A stretch of DNA of 64,000 nucleotides from Actinomycetes bacterium (GTDB lineage: Bacteria > Actinomycetota > Thermoleophilia > BMS3ABIN01), in assembly GCA_021791195.1 (NCBI GenBank), contig JAJYXB010000022.1, positions 4,063-68,062 on the forward strand, read 5' to 3'. Position 1 is the stretch's first letter. The number at the start of each line of letters is the position of its first letter. Shown here piece after piece: positions 16,508 through 27,385 of the stretch. Position numbers and translations under genes: made by a program. The notes beneath the pieces are model-generated. The model searched no databases. It was given only the letters and a program-made list of their open reading frames with translations, and was not told the origin of the DNA.

Positions 16508-19113
16508 TCCCTGTAAAAGACCTGTATCTCGTGGTAGGTGGGCGAGCTGTCCAGCCCGGTCCGGTCAGCCTCAAGCAGGGTCATTATCGGCTGCCCTGCC
16601 TTTTCCTCAACAGCGGTCAAGGCCAGTTCCGCGAGGATCCGCAGGCACCGGGCCACTGTCTCCGGTTGGCGCAGATACTTGCCCCCGGCCAGCAGAAGCC
16701 TTTCCGTGGTTTCGTCGAGGGGATAGGTCTTTCCCACTTCCAGGTGCTTGTACACTTTCACCAGCGGCTCGCGCAGGTCGTACTCGTGCCGCAACACCTT
16801 CTCGGTAAATTGTACCTCATCGGCGCAGTGTAATAAATGAATGTAGGCGTCTGGAGCGGCCGCCGCCGCGGATTCCAGCACGCCAGCCTTAAACGGCGGG
16901 TCGATGAAGACGATGTGATCAAAGCCGCCTGCAATCTGCGGCATTTCCGCCAGCGTGACGAAGTCGCTGATGGCAAGGGACTGCTGCGTTGCTGGCGGCT
17001 TTGTTTCGAGCCGCTGCTCGAGCTGCTTGCGGCTGCAGCGGGCGCCCGCCAGGAAGACGTACCCGATGCCACTGCCTGCCAGTGGCAGTTGCCCCAGCAG
17101 CTGGCGCCGGCGGCGCGGCAGATCCGCCACCGCCAGCAGCACGTTTTCGCCGGTGAAGAGGAGCCTGGTTATCTGTCCGGGGATGTCGCCGATGCCGCGG
17201 CGGTCAATGAGACGGCCGGTCTCGATCGGCAGCTTGTTGCCCAGGCTGGCCGCGGTGTTCTGCCAGGCCGCGGGCAGCGGGGCGCCGTTGCGGACCAGCT
17301 GCCAGAATTCGCCGCCGGTGATGCGCTCCGGGCAGTCGAAGTCGCAGCGGTGCTGGCAGATGCCGGCTGCCGGTTCCGGGCTGCCGGTAACGGGAAAAAA
17401 CTCGCGCAAGCTGAGCTGCGGGGCGACTGAGCCGTTCCATTCGTGGCGCTCGATGCGGAAGGCGACATCGCAGGCGGCGCCGCGCCGGAGTTTTTCCGCG
17501 GCCGCGCCCAGGCCGAAGCCGATGGCGCTGGAGCGGACTCCGCCGGCGTCTATCTGGCAGCGCAGATGCCGGGCATCGCGGGTGGTGCTGGCGCCGGTGA
17601 CTTTGGCGCCGGCGGCCAGCAGGCTGACGGAGGGATTGCCAAGCCCGAATGGCTCCAGCCGCGCCATCTCATCGGCCAGGTCCAGCGTCAGTTCGTGCCC
17701 CAGGGCCAGCGCGTCGATGTTGAAGCTCGGCTCCAGGTCCTTGTCGGTCAGCTGCGCGTCAGCCAGCGCCGCGAACTGGCGCTGGAAATCCGGGATCTGC
17801 TCCAGGCCGATCGTCAGGCCGCAGGCGGCCCGGTGCCCGCCGAAGGCCTCGAGCATGTGACTGAGCTGAAGCAGGGAGCCATGCAGGTCGTAGCTGGCGA
17901 TGCTGCGGCCCGAGCCCTTGCCATGCTCGCCGTTCTCGCTGATCATGATGACCGGCCGGCGCAGTCTTTCCACCATCCGCGAGGCGACGATGCCGATGAC
18001 GCCTTCGTGCCAGCCAGGCGCGCTGAACACCTGGCCGCGCTGCATCTGCCGTTCTTCCGGCAGGGCGTCGAACATGGTGGTAGCTTCGCGGACCATCTTT
18101 TCCTCGATCGCCTGCCGCTCGCGATTGAGGCCGTCCAGGTGGCCGGCCAGCCCTCCGGCTTCCTGCTCGTCATCGGTCAGCAGCAGCCTCAGCGCCGGTT
18201 CCGGATCGTCGAGGCGGCCGGCGGCGTTGATCCGCGGCGCCAGGCGGAAGGCCACCAGGCCGGCGTTGAGCCTCGACTGCTCGACCTTGCCGATCCGCAT
18301 CAGTGCCTGCAGGCCGGCGCGGTGCGTGCGCGCCAGCTGCACCAGACCCCGCTTGACCAGGTTGCGGTTCTCGTCCAGCAGTGGCACCACGTCGGCGATT
18401 GTCCCCAGCGCGACCAGATCGAGCTGGCGCTGCAGGAGGGAGGGGAGGACGTCGCTTTTTTGAGTGAAGGGGTTCGCCGCCGCGGCCTCGCCGGCCAGCA
18501 GCCCCTGCGCCACTTTGAACGCCAGGCCGACGCCGGCCAGCTCCTTGAAGGGATAGTCACAAAGCAGCGGTGAGATGATCATGGCGCCCGGCAGCCTGCC
18601 CTCAGCGGGACGGTGATGGTCGATGACGATGGTCTCCATGCCGAGGGCGGCTGCGCGCTCTATGGCTTCGCGCGCGGCGATGCCGCAGTCCACGGTCACC
18701 AGCAGCCTGCTGCCGCCGGCGGCGATCTGCTCGATCGAGGCGGCGGCGACGCCGTATCCATCGCGGAATCGGTTGGGCAGGCGCCAGTCGACGACGGCGC
18801 CCAGTTCGCGCAGAACGTCGACCAGCAACGCCGTTGACGTAATGCCATCTACGTCATAGTCTCCGTGGACGCAGATCTTCTCCCTGGCGGCGATCGCCTG
18901 CTTGAGGCGGCTGCAGACTGCCGCCATCTCCGGGAACAGGAAAGGGTCGTAAAGCTCGCCGGCGCCGCTCAGGAAGCGGCCGGCGGCCTCGGGAGCCTCG
19001 AAGCCGCGCCGTGCCAGCACCGAGGCCATCACCTCGCTGACGCCGAGGCTGCTTGCCAGATTCCGGACAGTCGCATAGCGGAGCGGGGAGGTGTGCCAGC
19101 GGGACTTGCTCAT
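16462..19113 (-). CDS. recJ: single-stranded-DNA-specific exonuclease RecJ (long form with ~300-aa C-terminal extension)
   Basis: DHH motifs VHGDYDVDGITS, VDCGI and IVIDHH. DHHA1 motif FGGHRAACG. Confidence 0.92.
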   Translation of the reverse strand: MSKSRWHTSPLRYATVRNLASSLGVSEVMASVLARRGFEAPEAAGRFLSGAGELYDPFLFPEMAAVCSRLKQAIAAREKICVHGDYDVDGITSTALLVDVLRELGAVVDWRLPNRFRDGYGVAAASIEQIAAGGSRLLVTVDCGIAAREAIERAAALGMETIVIDHHRPAEGRLPGAMIISPLLCDYPFKELAGVGLAFKVAQGLLAGEAAAANPFTQKSDVLPSLLQRQLDLVALGTIADVVPLLDENRNLVKRGLVQLARTHRAGLQALMRIGKVEQSRLNAGLVAFRLAPRINAAGRLDDPEPALRLLLTDDEQEAGGLAGHLDGLNRERQAIEEKMVREATTMFDALPEERQMQRGQVFSAPGWHEGVIGIVASRMVERLRRPVIMISENGEHGKGSGRSIASYDLHGSLLQLSHMLEAFGGHRAACGLTIGLEQIPDFQRQFAALADAQLTDKDLEPSFNIDALALGHELTLDLADEMARLEPFGLGNPSVSLLAAGAKVTGASTTRDARHLRCQIDAGGVRSSAIGFGLGAAAEKLRRGAACDVAFRIERHEWNGSVAPQLSLREFFPVTGSPEPAAGICQHRCDFDCPERITGGEFWQLVRNGAPLPAAWQNTAASLGNKLPIETGRLIDRRGIGDIPGQITRLLFTGENVLLAVADLPRRRRQLLGQLPLAGSGIGYVFLAGARCSRKQLEQRLETKPPATQQSLAISDFVTLAEMPQIAGGFDHIVFIDPPFKAGVLESAAAAAPDAYIHLLHCADEVQFTEKVLRHEYDLREPLVKVYKHLEVGKTYPLDETTERLLLAGGKYLRQPETVARCLRILAELALTAVEEKAGQPIMTLLEADRTGLDSSPTYHEIQVFYRECLKFLSKSPDVKMI

Positions 19114-19242
19114 GCCCGAATCCTAACAACGGGCGCGGACGGAAACAATCGTGACTTTCTTGAGATTCCCTATCTACGGGTGTTTCTGGCATAATGAAAT
19201 CGAGCCGTCATGTCAGGCTCGTACAGGAGGAGGTGAACGGGA

Positions 19243-19470
19243 ATGTTGTCACGCGAAAAGGTTGAAGAATCTTTGGAGAGGATCAGGCCCGCCCTGCAGG
19301 CAGACGGCGGCGACCTTGAATTGATAGATGTAACCGAGGACGGGAAAGTCACGCTCAGGCTGACCGGCGCCTGCGGCAGCTGTCCGATGTCCCAGATGAC
19401 GCTGAAGATGGGCATCGAGCAGCGGCTGAAGGAAGATGTTCCGGAGGTCGAGCTCGTGGAGGCGGTCTAA
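19243..19470 (+). CDS. NifU-like Fe-S cluster assembly domain protein
   Basis: 75 aa with ...[36 protein letters not shown], typical of the NifU C-terminal domain. GGAGG RBS. Confidence 0.88.
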   Translation: MLSREKVEESLERIRPALQADGGDLELIDVTEDGKVTLRLTGACGSCPMSQMTLKMGIEQRLKEDVPEVELVEAV

Positions 19471-19484
19471 ACCCCCGAGCTTTT

Positions 19485-21545
19485 TTACCGCTCCTGCTCG
19501 ATAACTTTCTGCGACAGGTGCGCCGGCACTTCTTCGTAGCGGAGAAATTCCATCGTATAGTCGCCGCGGCCACCGGTCATCGAGCGCAGGTCGGGAGCGT
19601 AGCTGAGCATCTCGGCCAGCGGCGCCTCTACATTGACCTGGTTCATCTTGCCTTTGGGCTCCATTCCCAGCACCTTGCCCCGGCGCGAGTTCATGTCGCC
19701 GATGATGTCGCCGACGTTCTCCTCCGGAATGGTCACGTGCACGCTCATGATCGGCTCCAGCAGCACCGGGTCGGCATTCTCGATCGCTTTCTTCAGGCCC
19801 ATGGAGGCGGCGATTTTGAACGCCATCTCCGATGAATCCACCGGATGATGCGAGCCGTCGTAGACCGTCACCCTCATGTCAACGATCGGATGGCCGGAGA
19901 GCTCACCCTCTTTCATCGCCTCGACTACACCTTTCTCCACCGCGGGGATAAAGCCGCGGGGGATGACGCCGCCGACAACCTGATCGACGAACTCGAAGCC
20001 TTCGCCGCGCGACCTGGGCTCGACTCTCAGCCAGGCGTCGCCGTACTGACCGCGGCCACCGGTCTGCTTCTTGTACTTGCCCTGCGCCTCCGCCTTCTTG
20101 CGGATCGTCTCGAGGTAGGGCACCCGCGGCGGTTTCAGGTTGACCTCAGCGCCGAAGCGCCGTTTAATGCGGTCCATCACCACTTCGACATGCATCTGGC
20201 TTAAGCCCGATACGACCAGTTCGTTCGTCTGCGGATCGCGCTGGACCACGAGCGTCGGGTCTTCCTCCTGCAGGCGTTTGAGCCCGGTGCCGATCTTCTC
20301 ATCGTCGCCCTTGCTCTTGGGCTCCACCGCGAACGACATCACCGGATTGGGAAACACCAGCGGCGAGAACGTCACCTGCCGGCTGTCGGCGCAGAGCGAA
20401 TCGCCGGTCCTGGTGCCCTTCAGTTTGGCGATGGCGCCGATGTCGCCGGGGCCGAGCGCGTCCACCGGGCTGTTGTCCTTCCCCTGCAGCCTGAGCAGCT
20501 GACCGATGCGCTCCCTGGCCCTGTTGACCGGGTTGACGACGTTGCTGTCGCTCTTCAGCTCGCCGGAAAAGACGCGCATTACGTTGATGCGGCCGCTGAA
20601 CTGGTCTGCCATGGTCTTGAAGACGAAGGCCGCCACCGGCTCGCCGCTGTCACATTGGACCTTGACCTCCTCGCCGCCGCCGGCGTCAAGAGCCGTGACC
20701 GCCGGCCGCCGCGCCGGTGACGGGATGGCATCCACGATCAGGTCGAGCATGTGGTCGATGCCGGTGTTCCGGGTGGCGCAGCCGACTCCCACGGGAAAGA
20801 CCGTGCCCGCGACGACGCCGGCCTTCAGCGCGTGGTAAAGCTCTTCGTCGCTCAGTTCCTGGCCCTCCAGATATTTCTCCATCACGGCGTCATCGTTCTC
20901 CGCCACGGCGTCCATCAGCTTCTCGCGGTACTCATCCACCTGCGCGGCCATGTCGTCGGGAACGGGACCCTCGGTCTCTTTCCCGCCATCGTAAAGAAAG
21001 GCCTTCATCGTCAGCAGGTCGACCATGCCCCTGAAATCTTCTTCCTTGCCGATCGGCAGCTGCGCCGCCACGGCGCCCTGGCCGAACGCCTCCTGCATCT
21101 GCTCCAGGGCGGCGTAGAAATCAGCGCGCTCCCGGTCCATCATATTGACATAGATGACCCGGCTGACGCCGTTCTCCTCGCATTGCTTCCACAGCCGCTC
21201 ATGCTGCACCTCCAGCCCCATCGGCGCGCCCACCACGACCAGCGCGCCTTCGACCACGCGCAGGGAAGCGATGGTGTCGGCGTGGAAACTGGGGTCGCCG
21301 GGGGTGTCGATGATGTTGATATTACGGTTGCGCCATGTTGTATGGCAGACGGAGGCGGAGATGGAGAGCTGGCGCTTCTTCTCGTCCTCGTCGTAGTCAG
21401 CCACCGTAGTCCCCTGTTCGATGGTGCCCTGCCGGTTCACCGCTCCGGAAGTGAAAAGGATGGCTTCGGTGAGGCAGGTCTTGCCGGTTCCCCGGTGGCC
21501 GATCACAGCGACATTGCGAATCTTGGCAGGGTCTACAGCGGGCAT
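19485..21545 (-). CDS. elongation factor G paralog (EF-G2/FusA2-like)
   Basis: G1 GHRGTGKT and G3 DTPG are present, and the EF-G domains II-V are conserved. The G4 motif reads NMMD instead of NKxD (21135-21146). Confidence 0.88.
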   Translation of the reverse strand: MPAVDPAKIRNVAVIGHRGTGKTCLTEAILFTSGAVNRQGTIEQGTTVADYDEDEKKRQLSISASVCHTTWRNRNINIIDTPGDPSFHADTIASLRVVEGALVVVGAPMGLEVQHERLWKQCEENGVSRVIYVNMMDRERADFYAALEQMQEAFGQGAVAAQLPIGKEEDFRGMVDLLTMKAFLYDGGKETEGPVPDDMAAQVDEYREKLMDAVAENDDAVMEKYLEGQELSDEELYHALKAGVVAGTVFPVGVGCATRNTGIDHMLDLIVDAIPSPARRPAVTALDAGGGEEVKVQCDSGEPVAAFVFKTMADQFSGRINVMRVFSGELKSDSNVVNPVNRARERIGQLLRLQGKDNSPVDALGPGDIGAIAKLKGTRTGDSLCADSRQVTFSPLVFPNPVMSFAVEPKSKGDDEKIGTGLKRLQEEDPTLVVQRDPQTNELVVSGLSQMHVEVVMDRIKRRFGAEVNLKPPRVPYLETIRKKAEAQGKYKKQTGGRGQYGDAWLRVEPRSRGEGFEFVDQVVGGVIPRGFIPAVEKGVVEAMKEGELSGHPIVDMRVTVYDGSHHPVDSSEMAFKIAASMGLKKAIENADPVLLEPIMSVHVTIPEENVGDIIGDMNSRRGKVLGMEPKGKMNQVNVEAPLAEMLSYAPDLRSMTGGRGDYTMEFLRYEEVPAHLSQKVIEQER

Positions 21546-21697
21546 GCTAACCAGCTCCTTTGGTAAAGGATTGCTCGGATGTCATCCCGGCCGCTGCCGG
21601 CTCGGGATGTATGCATCTTCCCGCAGGAGCCCCCGTCTTACGGAAAGGCGCGCCAAGGTTGGATTTTATCCCTTTGCCAGCAGGATTTAAAGATTGC

Positions 21698-22498
21698 CTA
21701 CACCTGGCAGTGGGGGCACCAGAAGGTCTTGCGGCCCTTCTTCACCATCTCAATCTCGTGGCCGTCGCGGGGACAGGGCTGGCCGGCGCGGCGGTGGACC
21801 TTTTCCTGGTAGCGGCCGCGCCGCCCCAGCGCGTCGCGGAACTCTTCCTCGCCGCCCGACTTGATACTTTCTCTCAGAGTTGCCTTAATCTGGCGGGCGA
21901 GCTCCTCCATCTCCTCACCGGAGAGCTCTGCTGTCTTGCGGAAGGGGCTTAAGCGGGCGTTCCATAGGATCTCGTCGGAGTAGTTGTTGCCGATGCCCCC
22001 CAGCACCTCCTGGTCCATGAGCGCGGCCTTGAGCTGCTTGCCGGCCGGCAGCAGTCCGGCGAGTTTTATTGCGGTCAGTCCGCGCGACAGCGGATCGAAG
22101 CCGTCTTTCAGAACGGAGAGCCGGGCCAGCTCCGCTTCCGGCGCCAGATGGAACTCGCTCAGCTGCATGTCCGTGAACTCGAGCGCGGAGCCGTCGCGGA
22201 AATTCCAGGCGACGCCGGCAGTCTCCTGCAACGCTTCCCGGCGGCATGCCGCGAGCGCCCCCAGCTTGTAATGGAAGACAACAGCGGCGCCGCCGCTGAG
22301 CCGGAACAGCAGCGCCTTGCCGCGGCGTTCGACACTCTGGATCGTGCGGCCTTCGAGACCCGCGGCAAAACCAGGTCCGTCTTCCCGCGGCGTGCGGATC
22401 GCGCGCTCGCGCCCAACCAGCACGCCGGCGATGATCTTGCCGGCAACGCACGGCTTGAGCGTTTTTACCGCGACTTCCAGTTCGGGGAGTTCCGGCAT
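21698..22498 (-). CDS. mutM: formamidopyrimidine-DNA glycosylase (Fpg/Nei family)
   Basis: N-terminal MPELPELE, an H2TH region and a C-terminal zinc finger CPRDGH...FWCPHCQ. Confidence 0.9.
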   Translation of the reverse strand: MPELPELEVAVKTLKPCVAGKIIAGVLVGRERAIRTPREDGPGFAAGLEGRTIQSVERRGKALLFRLSGGAAVVFHYKLGALAACRREALQETAGVAWNFRDGSALEFTDMQLSEFHLAPEAELARLSVLKDGFDPLSRGLTAIKLAGLLPAGKQLKAALMDQEVLGGIGNNYSDEILWNARLSPFRKTAELSGEEMEELARQIKATLRESIKSGGEEEFRDALGRRGRYQEKVHRRAGQPCPRDGHEIEMVKKGRKTFWCPHCQV

Positions 22499-22513
22499 TC
22501 TTCCGTACCCTGC

Positions 22514-23572
22514 CTATTCCACTCTCTTCAAACCTCTGGCCTTGACGCCGATGTGCCTGACGGTCTGCACGGTATTGCCACCGGCCACATCGATGACATA
22601 AAGCGTGCTGTCGGCGCCCGGCGGGGTTGCGTCCGTGAACAGGTATCTGCCGTCGGCGCTGAAAGCGGCGCCATAGTATTCGGCGTCCGGTTCCGGAGCC
22701 GGGGTCAGCGCTCCCGCTACCGCCCGGGCCGCCGCATCGATCTTGACGATCTTTCCCCGGCCCATGACATAGACAAACCGGCCGTCGGGCGCGGCCACGG
22801 CTTCATTCACCGCTGCGGCCGGCAGGTTGATGAGTGCCAGCTGCCGGGCCGAGGGCCAGGCGGCGACTACCAGCGCGGCGCCGGCGCCTTTCCGCTTGCC
22901 GCTGACATAAACCGTGCCGCCGTCCGGCGACCAGGCGATGCCGCTGGCGCTTGCCAGCTGCGGGAAGCTGAGCGGCGCGCCGCTGATGCTGTCGCTGGCG
23001 GGATCGATCCGGTAAAACAGACCCGGTCCTCCCCGGGCGGCGCTCCCCGCCGGCGCCGCGGTGTCGGCGGCAGCAGCGTATAGCATGCCGTCCGGGCCGC
23101 GAACCAGCGCCGACAGGCTCTGCGCGGGCGTATCGATCTTCGGTCCGTCCAGCCAGTTGTTGCCATCCCAGTGAAAATGCTCGATTCGCCCGTTGTCGCC
23201 ACTGGCCACGAACATCGAACCGCCGTCGGGGGTCACGCACACGTCCGCCGGGGCCGCCGCCAGTGTCTGCTCCACACTTTTTTCCACGAAGCCGCTGACG
23301 TTGTCATATATCCTGACGCTGCCCCAGTCAGGATCGGGGCCGTTCTGGTCGGCCACGTACAGCAGCGCCCCATGCCAGTCTGCCGTGCGATTGACGACGG
23401 TCCGCTCTGGCGCCGAAGTGTCCGGCGATGAAGAGCAGGCGCTGATGAAAGCGCAGGCCAGCAGCAGCGGCAGCGCGCCGGCTATCAGCGCAGTCAATTT
23501 TTTCCGTGCGGCAGACATTGTTGTCAGTGGCACCCGATCGATGGCATTCCTTGGAACCGGTGCAACGGACAT
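22514..23572 (-). CDS. lipoprotein with beta-propeller-type repeats
   Basis: Lipobox LLLACAFISAC|SS. Repeated ~40-aa units of the form PDG..(L/V)Y(V/A) resemble YVTN/YncE-like blades. Confidence 0.7.
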   Translation of the reverse strand: MSVAPVPRNAIDRVPLTTMSAARKKLTALIAGALPLLLACAFISACSSSPDTSAPERTVVNRTADWHGALLYVADQNGPDPDWGSVRIYDNVSGFVEKSVEQTLAAAPADVCVTPDGGSMFVASGDNGRIEHFHWDGNNWLDGPKIDTPAQSLSALVRGPDGMLYAAAADTAAPAGSAARGGPGLFYRIDPASDSISGAPLSFPQLASASGIAWSPDGGTVYVSGKRKGAGAALVVAAWPSARQLALINLPAAAVNEAVAAPDGRFVYVMGRGKIVKIDAAARAVAGALTPAPEPDAEYYGAAFSADGRYLFTDATPPGADSTLYVIDVAGGNTVQTVRHIGVKARGLKRVE

Positions 23573-23779
23573 TCTATGCCGGTTTTGCTCACTTTGCTTC
23601 TTTTTCTGTTTGGTGGCCTCCGGGCGGGGAATACTGCTATTGTTAAATCATGTTGCGGGCAGCCGCGCGGACTCGCGTGTAGCGAAAGACAGCCCGTCCG
23701 GGAAGAACCGGCCAGGCATACCCGCCTGACCGGTCGCGGCGCCTGCAATCATCCAGCCGCGATATGAAGGAGTAGAACC

Positions 23780-24013
23780 ATGGCGGCCAAGTGTCCAGGC
23801 AGCGACATCGAGATTACCATCAAAACATGCCCCAAATGCGGGGGGGAGGTAGAGCTTTTTTCCGGGGAATCCCGGGCTAAATGCCCCGAGTGCGGTCATG
23901 TGGTCTGGCGGGAAGTCGCTTCCTGCATCGAATGGTGTCCCGGCGCCCGCCAGTGTTTCCGGCATGTTTTTGAAGCAGAAAAAAAGGGTGGAGACGAGGG
24001 CCCGCAAAAGTAG
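23780..24013 (+). CDS. small zinc-ribbon protein
   Basis: 77 aa with CPKCGG...CPECGH plus the further Cys residues CIEWCPGARQC. RBS GAAGGAG. Confidence 0.6.
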   Translation: MAAKCPGSDIEITIKTCPKCGGEVELFSGESRAKCPECGHVVWREVASCIEWCPGARQCFRHVFEAEKKGGDEGPQK

Positions 24014-24047
24014 CGCCGCATCGTTTTACCGCCCTTGCTAACCTGAT

Positions 24048-24076
24048 TTGACAAAATCTTAGCGCCGGATTATCAT
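24048..24076 (+). promoter_or_regulatory. sigma70-type promoter of groES-groEL
   Basis: TTGACA (24048-24053), a 17-nt spacer, then TATCAT (24071-24076). Confidence 0.65.
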
Positions 24077-24090
24077 ATGTCGGCATCGGC

Positions 24091-24115
24091 TGGCACTCTC
24101 CTTGTCAGAGTGCCA
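24091..24115 (+). promoter_or_regulatory. CIRCE-like HrcA operator
   Basis: TGGCACTC-N9-GAGTGCCA, compared with the CIRCE consensus TTAGCACTC-N9-GAGTGCTAA. It lies between the promoter and the groES RBS. Confidence 0.75.
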
Positions 24116-24167
24116 ATTATTTCTGGAATTTCCTTATGTAAAAGGACAAACGAAGGAGGGTTGTTTT

Positions 24168-24461
24168 ATGAATCTGAAGCCTCTCGAGGATCGGGTCATC
24201 GTCAAGACCGTCGAATCGGAGGACGTCACCGCCAGCGGCATCGTGCTGCCCGATTCAGCTCAGGAGAAGCCCCAGCGCGGCAAGATCATCGCCGTCGGCG
24301 AGGGCAGGCTGGATGAGAGCGGCAAGCGCGTGCCCATGGACGTCAAGAAAGGTGACGAGGTCATCTACAGCAAGTATGGAGGCACCGAGGTTAAGATCGA
24401 CGGCGAAGATCTGCTGATCATGAAGGTCAGCGACATCCTCGCCAAGGTCGTCAAGAAATAA
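24168..24461 (+). CDS. groES: co-chaperonin GroES
   Basis: [13 protein letters not shown]...GKIIAVGEG. The ATG at 24168 follows an AAGGAGG RBS. The listed ORF start at 24102 is an upstream extension running through the CIRCE element. Confidence 0.95.
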   Translation: MNLKPLEDRVIVKTVESEDVTASGIVLPDSAQEKPQRGKIIAVGEGRLDESGKRVPMDVKKGDEVIYSKYGGTEVKIDGEDLLIMKVSDILAKVVKK

Positions 24462-24478
24462 CAGCAGGAAAGGAGTGA

Positions 24479-26095
<1,617 letters not shown>

Positions 26096-26122
26096 ATAAG
26101 GCGGATCATCTGCCTGTAAGCA

Positions 26123-26150
26123 GGGCGGCCCTGACGGGCCGCCCTTTTGT
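26123..26150 (+). terminator. rho-independent terminator of groESL
   Basis: GGGCGGCCC-TGAC-GGGCCGCCC followed by TTTTGTT. Confidence 0.8.
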
Positions 26151-26163
26151 TAGCCCACAAAGC

Positions 26164-26191
26164 GAAAGACCCTCAAAAATGAGGGTCTTTC
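26164..26191. terminator. second hairpin between convergent groEL and the moeA-like gene
   Basis: GAAAGACCCTC-AAAAAT-GAGGGTCTTTC, an 11-bp perfect stem. Confidence 0.4.
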
Positions 26192-26289
26192 GCCGGGTAT
26201 AAGGGATGAAGGGGGTGAAACAGGCACACGCCCTTCGGCGATAATTTTCAACGTCTGGCAATATAATCCTTTTTTTGGCTGTCTTCCTT

Positions 26290-27330
26290 TTATTTGGCTG
26301 GATTTGGGGGAGTTTCAGCCTGCGCGCCCGTTCCGCGGCGATACAGGGACTGGATGACCGGGTCGACCAGTAGCCGGTAGATATCGATTGCGCGCTCTTG
26401 CTGCCCCGGCAATCCGATTACCGGCACCCCGCCGACCAGCGCCGCGGTTGAGCGCTTACGCCGCGCCGGCTGGCGTTCCGACCGGCCTGGTTGTGTGGCC
26501 GGCATCCCCGGCGCGGGCGGATCCGCCAGGCCCGCGACGACTGCCGCGGTCAGATCGGCTTCGCCTGCCGAACTGCCGCCGCTGACCAGTATCAGCTGGC
26601 AGCAGCCGGATGCCGCCGACAGCCTCGCGGCAATCGCCGTTTTGTCGTCAGGGCAGATTCCAAGCGGGACGGGTACGGCGCCGGAATGGCGCACCAGTCC
26701 GGCCAGCGCGAAATAATTGCTGTCCCGGATCTGTCCGGATGACGGCTCTGCACCGGCGTCCACAAGCTCGTCTCCAGTTGAGAGAATTCCTATATGTAGA
26801 GGAACAAGAACCTCGACCGTGAGGATTCCGGAGGCCGCCAGCGCCCCCAGGCCGGCGGCATCGAGTCGTTTGCCGGCGGCCAGCAGGGTCGAGCCTGCCC
26901 GCGCCTGCTCACCGGCGGCAACCACGTTTTCGCCGCGGGTCAAAGCCTCAAATAGCGTTACCGCATCTGCTCCTGCCGGTGCGGTAGATTCCGACATGAT
27001 CACCGCATCGGCGCCGCGTGGCAGCATCCCCCCGGTGGGGATCGCCGCCGCTTCGCCTGGCCCGACTGCGACGGTTGGTGCGGTCCCCATGAACACGCGC
27101 CCGCATAGCTTCAGATGAACCAGCCCGGCCGGCGAAGCTCCGCGGGTGTCGGCTGCCCGCACCGCGAAACCATCGACGCGCGAGTGGGTAAACGGGGGCA
27201 GATCGCCAGGGGCGGCGATGTCGCGGGCCAGATACCGGCCAAACGCCTCCTCCAGCCCGCGGCTTTCGGCCCTGAGCGGGGACAGGGGAGCTTGGGCGAG
27301 CATGGTTTCTACCGTCTTCAGGGTAACCAT
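26290..27330 (-). CDS. moeA: MoeA-like molybdopterin molybdotransferase, short/divergent form
   Basis: The MoeA N-domain (PPFTHSRVDGFAVRA...IPTGGMLP.GADAV) and the MoCF-binding domain (ILSTGDELV...QIRDSN...SGGSSAGEADL) are clear. Downstream the usual KPGKP / GLPGNPVS motifs are degenerate (QPGRS / GLPGQQER), and the C-terminal domain is missing. Confidence 0.7.
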   Translation of the reverse strand: MVTLKTVETMLAQAPLSPLRAESRGLEEAFGRYLARDIAAPGDLPPFTHSRVDGFAVRAADTRGASPAGLVHLKLCGRVFMGTAPTVAVGPGEAAAIPTGGMLPRGADAVIMSESTAPAGADAVTLFEALTRGENVVAAGEQARAGSTLLAAGKRLDAAGLGALAASGILTVEVLVPLHIGILSTGDELVDAGAEPSSGQIRDSNYFALAGLVRHSGAVPVPLGICPDDKTAIAARLSAASGCCQLILVSGGSSAGEADLTAAVVAGLADPPAPGMPATQPGRSERQPARRKRSTAALVGGVPVIGLPGQQERAIDIYRLLVDPVIQSLYRRGTGAQAETPPNPAK

Positions 27331-27385
27331 TGCCTTTTTCTCTCCTTCCCGCCGGAGGACGCCCGCCAGCCGCCCGGGCTATCCG

